Assembly: GCA_000092065.1 (NCBI GenBank)
Contig: CP000592.1
Direction: 5' to 3' (one strand)
Source of the DNA: Ostreococcus lucimarinus
Taxonomy: Eukaryota
DNA: 64,000 nucleotides
Position numbers and translations under genes: made by a program. This document shows positions 59,099-64,000 of the stretch, in pieces. Below the pieces are notes generated by a model, which ran no database searches, was not told where the DNA came from, and worked only from the letters and a program-made list of their open reading frames with translations. Numbering within the stretch: the stretch's first letter is position 1; each line of letters opens with the position of its first letter.

Positions 59099-61381
59099 CT
59101 ACTTGGCGACGAGGATAACGCTCGCGCGCGGCGCGACGTTATATCGCGACTCGACGCCAAATTTGCCCTCCGCGATGAAGTCTTCGGGCGATGGCAAGTT
59201 TGTGTCCACGACTCTCGCCCAACGCTTACCGTGAGGTGGCGCAGGTAGCGCGGCGTCGACGTAGAATTCGTGCGCGTTGAAGGCGATGTATGTATCGCCG
59301 AAACCTTGCCCGCGGTCGTGCAACGTAAACGCCAAAAACTTTGACGACGGATCGTCCCATCGATCTTCGTGCCACGTGACGTCATCGTCGTTCAAGAAGT
59401 CTTCGCGACCGAGCAAAGGGTTCGCAAGTCGGAACTTGATCATCTCGGACGAAAATCGAAAGTAGTGCGCTTTTTGCTTTTCGAGTTCGTTCCACTGAAA
59501 GTTGTTCAACTTGTCGTCGTGGCCGTACGTGTTATTATTCCCGTACCGTGTGTGACCGTACTCATCGCCCATCACCATCATGGGCGTCCCTTGAGAGATC
59601 ATCAGCGCCACTTGAAAGTTTTTCATCTGACGCCAGCGAAGTCCTCGCACCGCCTTGTCGCCAGTTTCGCCCTCGTGTCCGCAGTTCCAAGACAAGTTGT
59701 CGTTCGAGCCGTCGTTGTTTGATTCCCCGTTTGCCATGTTGTGCTTACCGTTGTAGCTGACCAGATCGTGAAGCGTGAACCCATCGTGCGCGGTGATAAA
59801 GTTGACCGAGTGGTATGGCTTGCGTTTGTTCGTGTGGTACATGTCGGCAGAGCCGCTGATGCGTCTCGCAAAGTCGCTCTTGACGCCCTCGTCGCCCTTT
59901 ATGAAGCGCCGCAACACGTCGCGATAGGCGCCGTTCCATTCAGACCAGCGGTCCCAGTTGGGGAAACTACCGACTTGGTACAGTCCGCCGCAATCCCAAG
60001 GCTCGGCGATGAGCTTGACGTGCGAAAGTTCGGGATCCTTCGCGATGGCTCGAATCACCGGAGGCGAGTTCATGGGATGTCCCTTCTCGTCCCGGCACAG
60101 CGCGCTGGCGAGATCGAAACGGAAGCCGTCGACGTGATATTCTCGCACCCAGTGTTTCAGCGAATCGACGATGAACTTGGAAACGTACGGATGGTTCGCA
60201 TTCAGCGTGTTGCCGCACCCCGTAAAGTTTAACATTTGCACGTACTTTGACGTGTCCGTCATGTAATACGTCTTGTTGTCGATTCCACGCATAGAACACA
60301 GGTTCGGCAACTCGTCGTTCATCTCTCCCGTGTGATTGTACACGACGTCGAGAATGACTTGGATCCCGGCCGCGTGTAACGCTTTCACCATCTCCTTGAA
60401 CTCTCGAGACGCTCGCGCCGCGGACGCGCCCTTTGTGCCGAACCGCGACATCGGCGCGAAGAAACTCATCGTACTGTAACCCCACGTGTTTATCATGTGA
60501 TCGCGCGGGTTCGGAATGCGTTGAAACTCCATCTCGTCGTATTCGAACACCGGCAAGAGCTCGACGACGTTGACGCCGAGCGCTTTCAAGTGATCCACCC
60601 TGGCGGCGACGCCCGCGTACGAACCTCTCGTCTTCTCATCCAACCCCGAGCTCGCATCCGCGGTGAACGCGCGCACCGTCATTTCATAAACGATCATATC
60701 TTTCTCTTCGATCTTCGGCGATTCCACGCCCGCCCAATCGAACGGCTCGGATTCGAAATCGTACCCGCTCAACATGTCGGGATCGTTGACGTCGCCGTGC
60801 GTCGCGTGTTTCGGCCCTTCCCCGAAAACCTTCCTTCGCGCCTCCACGAGCGGCGCGTACGGATCCATCATCACCCGATCCTCGTACCATCGCGCGCCCG
60901 TCTCCCACCCCCCCGCGCCCTTGCATCGATACCCGTACCTCGCCCCTCGTCTCGGCGCCCCGCGCTCGACGCGCGCGTGCCACACGTTCCCCGTCCTCGT
61001 CATCGGCACCTCCCACCGCGGCGTCGCCTCGCTCCAATCATCGCTCTCATCGTACACGCACAGGCTCACCTCGCTCGCGCTCTCGCTGTACGTCGCGAAG
61101 TTTATCCCTCCCGACGTCGTCGCCGTCGGTCCCAGCGGCGCCGGTTCGCCGCTCGAAATCTCCAATCCATCCGTCCTCGTCCCTCTCGCCGTCGCCGTCG
61201 CCCTCGCGCGCGCGCCGTCCGGTCTCGACGCGCGCGCGCCGCCCATCGCGCGTCGCGCGTCGCGCGCGCGCGTCGTCGCGCGCCGTCGTCGCGCGCGCGA
61301 TGCCGTCCCGACGCGATTCAAATCGCTTCGCGCGACGCGCGCGCCGCCGTCGCGCGTCGCGCGCGCCGCGCCGGGGCGCAT
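59099..61381 (-). CDS. Isoamylase-type starch debranching enzyme (GH13 with N-terminal CBM48)
   Basis: GH13 catalytic regions ([24 protein letters not shown]). N-terminal CBM48-like [20 protein letters not shown]. Arg-rich transit peptide. The start may instead be the internal Met at 61246. Confidence 0.85.
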   Translation of the reverse strand: MRPGAARATRDGGARVARSDLNRVGTASRARRRRATTRARDARRAMGGARASRPDGARARATATARGTRTDGLEISSGEPAPLGPTATTSGGINFATYSESASEVSLCVYDESDDWSEATPRWEVPMTRTGNVWHARVERGAPRRGARYGYRCKGAGGWETGARWYEDRVMMDPYAPLVEARRKVFGEGPKHATHGDVNDPDMLSGYDFESEPFDWAGVESPKIEEKDMIVYEMTVRAFTADASSGLDEKTRGSYAGVAARVDHLKALGVNVVELLPVFEYDEMEFQRIPNPRDHMINTWGYSTMSFFAPMSRFGTKGASAARASREFKEMVKALHAAGIQVILDVVYNHTGEMNDELPNLCSMRGIDNKTYYMTDTSKYVQMLNFTGCGNTLNANHPYVSKFIVDSLKHWVREYHVDGFRFDLASALCRDEKGHPMNSPPVIRAIAKDPELSHVKLIAEPWDCGGLYQVGSFPNWDRWSEWNGAYRDVLRRFIKGDEGVKSDFARRISGSADMYHTNKRKPYHSVNFITAHDGFTLHDLVSYNGKHNMANGESNNDGSNDNLSWNCGHEGETGDKAVRGLRWRQMKNFQVALMISQGTPMMVMGDEYGHTRYGNNNTYGHDDKLNNFQWNELEKQKAHYFRFSSEMIKFRLANPLLGREDFLNDDDVTWHEDRWDDPSSKFLAFTLHDRGQGFGDTYIAFNAHEFYVDAALPAPPHGKRWARVVDTNLPSPEDFIAEGKFGVESRYNVAPRASVILVAK

Positions 61382-61485
61382 GCGTTCGCGCCGCGCCGCG
61401 CGTCGCGCGCGCGACGATCGCGCGGCGCGCGTCGACGAGCGCGGACGACGACGACGACGACCGCGGCGTCAAAAAGCGACGCGGG

Positions 61486-62233
61486 ATGGCGGACGCGACG
61501 ACGACGGCGACGACGGCGACGGCGACGGCGGGCGCGAGCGCGGGCGTGCCCGGGGCCAAGGTGCGCGCGACGGCGCGACGCGCGCGCGAGGAAAACCGAC
61601 GACGCGACGCGCGCGATCGCGTTGACTCGCGGGACGAACGTCCGGTCGACGTCGAAACGACGAACGACGACGACGCGCGCGCGCGAGCGCGCGAGAGACT
61701 GACGTGCGACGCGTCGGACGCATACGCGATAGTTCATCGAGGACGTCGCGGCGCACGTGGGCGAGCGCGCGATCGATGAGGTCATGGAGGAGATGCGCGC
61801 GCGGTACGGACGATACAAACGCCTCGAGGCGGAGCTGCAGCAGGCGCGGATACGACTCTCGACGCAGCTGCCGGACGTGCGGCGATCGCTCGAGGCCGTG
61901 GAGACGCTGTGTGAGAAGCGCGATCGCGGCGACGCGAGCGGGACGACGGTGAAGTATCAGTTGACCGAGGCGACGTTCGCGGAGGCGACGGTGGAGACGC
62001 CGGAGAGCGCGTACCTGTGGCTCGGGGCGAACGTGATGCTGGAGTACACGCTGGACGAGGCGAAGGAACTGTTGGAGACGAACGTGACGGCGTGCGAGAG
62101 CGGGCTGGAGGCGAACGCGAGGGATTTGGCGGTTTTGAAGGACAACGCGACAATCATGGAGGTGAACATGGCGCGCGTGTATAATTTCGACGTCAAGCGC
62201 CAGCGCGAGCGCGAGGCGGCGGCGGCGAAGTGA
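61486..62233 (+). CDS. Prefoldin subunit 3 (alpha-type, VBP1); exons 61486..61560 and 61733..62233
   Basis: Exon 1 (MADATTTATTATATAGASAGVPGAK) splices to FIEDVAAHVGERAIDEVMEEMRARYGRYK...LWLGANVMLEYTLDEAKELLETN...EVNMARVYNFDVKRQRE, collinear with VBP1. The intron 61561..61732 starts GTGCGC, ends ATAG and carries gagactgacg. Confidence 0.7.
61561..61732 (+). other. Intron of the prefoldin subunit 3 gene
   Basis: 172-nt intron. It shifts the frame from phase 1 to phase 2 exactly as needed to join the two exons. The branch-like motif sits 35 nt upstream of the acceptor. Confidence 0.6.
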
Positions 62234-62280
62234 GCGTCGCGTCGACCGCTCGAACCGCAACACGGATTAGGACGCTTAGA

Positions 62281-63183
62281 ATGAATGAGAGAGCGATTCG
62301 CGCCCACCGCGCCGCGCCCGCCGCGCCGTCCCGCACGCCTCGCCGCGCCCGCCGCGCCGTCCCGCACACCTCTCCGCGCATGCGCGCCGTCGCGCGCGCG
62401 CCCGCCGCCCTCGTCGCGCGCGAGCGACGCGCGACGATTCGTTCGAACCGCGCGCGTCGCGACGCGCGCGTCGACGCGACGAATGAGAGAGAAAACGCGA
62501 CGTCATCGCCCATCACCCGACGCGGCATCATCAACGCCGCGTCGCTCGCCCTGGCCGCGCCGCTCGCGATCGACGCCGCGCACGACCTCGGTTTCATCAC
62601 CGGTGACGAGGATTTACCCGCGGATTTACCCGCGGTCGGCGCGAACGAGGCCGTGGCCGTGTTCGCGGGAGGATGCTTTTGGTGCATGACGGCGCCGTTC
62701 GAGACGCTCGACGGCGTGCGCGCGGTGACGAGCGGGTTCATCGGTGGCGACGTGGCGCGTCCTCGATATCGCGACGTGGGATCGGGAAAGACTGGTCACG
62801 TCGAAAGCGTGAGAGTGGTGTACGACGCGGCGAAGACGAGTTATGAAAAGTTGTTGAGCGTTTACTGGCGTCAAATAGACGCGACGAGAGACGACGGGCA
62901 GTTCGTGGACGCGGGCAAACAATATCGCCCGGTTATCTGGGCGATGGACGACGCGCAGAAGCGGGCGGCGGAGAAGTCAAAGGAAGAGCTCGAACGGGCG
63001 AACGTGTTCGGGGCGCCGATTAAAGTTGAAGTCGTGGACGCGAGCGGGATGACTTTTTGGCCGGCGGAGCGATACCATCAAGATTATTATTTGAAGAACC
63101 CGAATAGATATCGGTTCTATCGCGCGGTGTCCGGGCGAGACGAGTACATCGCATCGGTTTGGGGCATCGAGCGGTCGTCGTGA
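62281..63183 (+). CDS. Peptide methionine sulfoxide reductase MsrA with an organellar presequence
   Basis: Active site VAVFAGGCFWCMTAPFE, then GHVESVRVVYD and the C-terminal YHQDYYLKN. Confidence 0.85.
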   Translation: MNERAIRAHRAAPAAPSRTPRRARRAVPHTSPRMRAVARAPAALVARERRATIRSNRARRDARVDATNERENATSSPITRRGIINAASLALAAPLAIDAAHDLGFITGDEDLPADLPAVGANEAVAVFAGGCFWCMTAPFETLDGVRAVTSGFIGGDVARPRYRDVGSGKTGHVESVRVVYDAAKTSYEKLLSVYWRQIDATRDDGQFVDAGKQYRPVIWAMDDAQKRAAEKSKEELERANVFGAPIKVEVVDASGMTFWPAERYHQDYYLKNPNRYRFYRAVSGRDEYIASVWGIERSS

Positions 63184-63546
63184 GTGAGTGTTTGCGGGTC
63201 AATCGCTCGATGTCCGAACGCGGGCGTCGCGCGGTTTGGAGGACGCGCGTGAGATCCTCAGAAGTTAGTTAATGTGAGTAGTTTTATCGTTGTAGTCGTT
63301 ATGTGCCGGAATCGCTGACGGATGATCGATCAGAAAGCGAGGCGAACGAAGAGCGCGGGTGAGGGAGACGACTCGAAGGCGCGTAAAGGGAACCACGAAG
63401 TGCACATACGTATGTGGTTCAATAACACGCCAAAGTCATCTCTCGTATCATCTCGCGCGTTCGTTCGCTACTAAACAATGTGATCCGATCGGGTTCTCCG
63501 CCTTCCGATTTCCAGCTGTAAATCAATTCGTTCGCCCGTTATTTAT

Positions 63547-63786
63547 TTAATACGGTCTCGATCCGAATGGGTTTCCGCCGCCACTGCCGCCGCCACCAGC
63601 CCAGCCGCCGCCGCCGCCGCCGCCGTAGCCGCCGCCACCGCCGCCGCCGTAGCCGCCGCCTCGTTGCGGGCCACCGTAGCCGCCGCCTCCCCCGTAGCCG
63701 CCACCACCACCGCCGTAGCCGCCGCCGCCGCCGCCGTAGCCGCCGCCGCCGCCGCCGTAGCCGCCGCCGCCGCCGCCGTAGCCGCC

Positions 63787-63821
<35 letters not shown>

Positions 63822-64000
63822 CGCGACGACCACCACCACCGCGACGACCGCCCTTGGGGCGACCGAACCCGGCAGAACGCGCCATCTCTTCAATTTCCGG
63901 CGACACGATTTGGTTCGCGTCGCGAAGAATGGGGATGAGCTTGCGAGCCATGTTGCCTTCGCCGCCGTCGATGAACGAGAACGCCCAGCCCTTTTTGCCG
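63547..64000 (-). CDS. C-terminal part of a DEAD-box RNA helicase (DDX5/Dbp2/RH20-like) with a Gly-rich GGY/RGG tail; partial at the window edge
   Basis: GKKGWAFSFIDGGEGNMARKLIPILRDANQIVSPEIEEMARSAG parallels the helicase C-terminus (GKKGTAYTFFT...ILEEAGQKVSPEL). (GGGGGGY)n repeats follow. Confidence 0.55.

Overview
This window is eukaryotic nuclear DNA from the end of a chromosome. Bases 1..198 are a terminal (CCCTAAA)n array, which is the Arabidopsis-type TTTAGGG telomere on the opposite strand. Gene density is about one gene per 1.4 kb, with roughly 47 protein genes. Introns are rare and short, and they share one branch-site motif. Intergenic stretches are extremely GC-rich trinucleotide repeats that create long arginine-rich shadow ORFs on both strands. 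The gene content points to green algae or land plants. It includes the plant-type mitochondrial ATP synthase FAd subunit, GDP-L-galactose phosphorylase (VTC2), an ELIP-like chlorophyll-binding protein, plastid-type ferredoxin-sulfite reductase, isoamylase, Iojap, and an SF1 with RRM. The strongly GC-biased compact genome suggests a picoalga of Mamiellophyceae or Micromonas type, but that is inference. The most unusual items are these:
- a gene with nine nearly identical 111-bp units, each encoding a four-cysteine zinc-ribbon-like module;
- a prokaryote-like N6/N4 amino-methyltransferase homolog with motif I placed before motif IV and a degenerate catalytic tetrapeptide;
- a ribbon-helix-helix-like tail on sulfite reductase;
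- a perfect 30-nt element shared by two distant 3' UTRs;
- a low-GC subtelomeric membrane gene.
All product calls come from reading motifs by eye, because no searches could be run.
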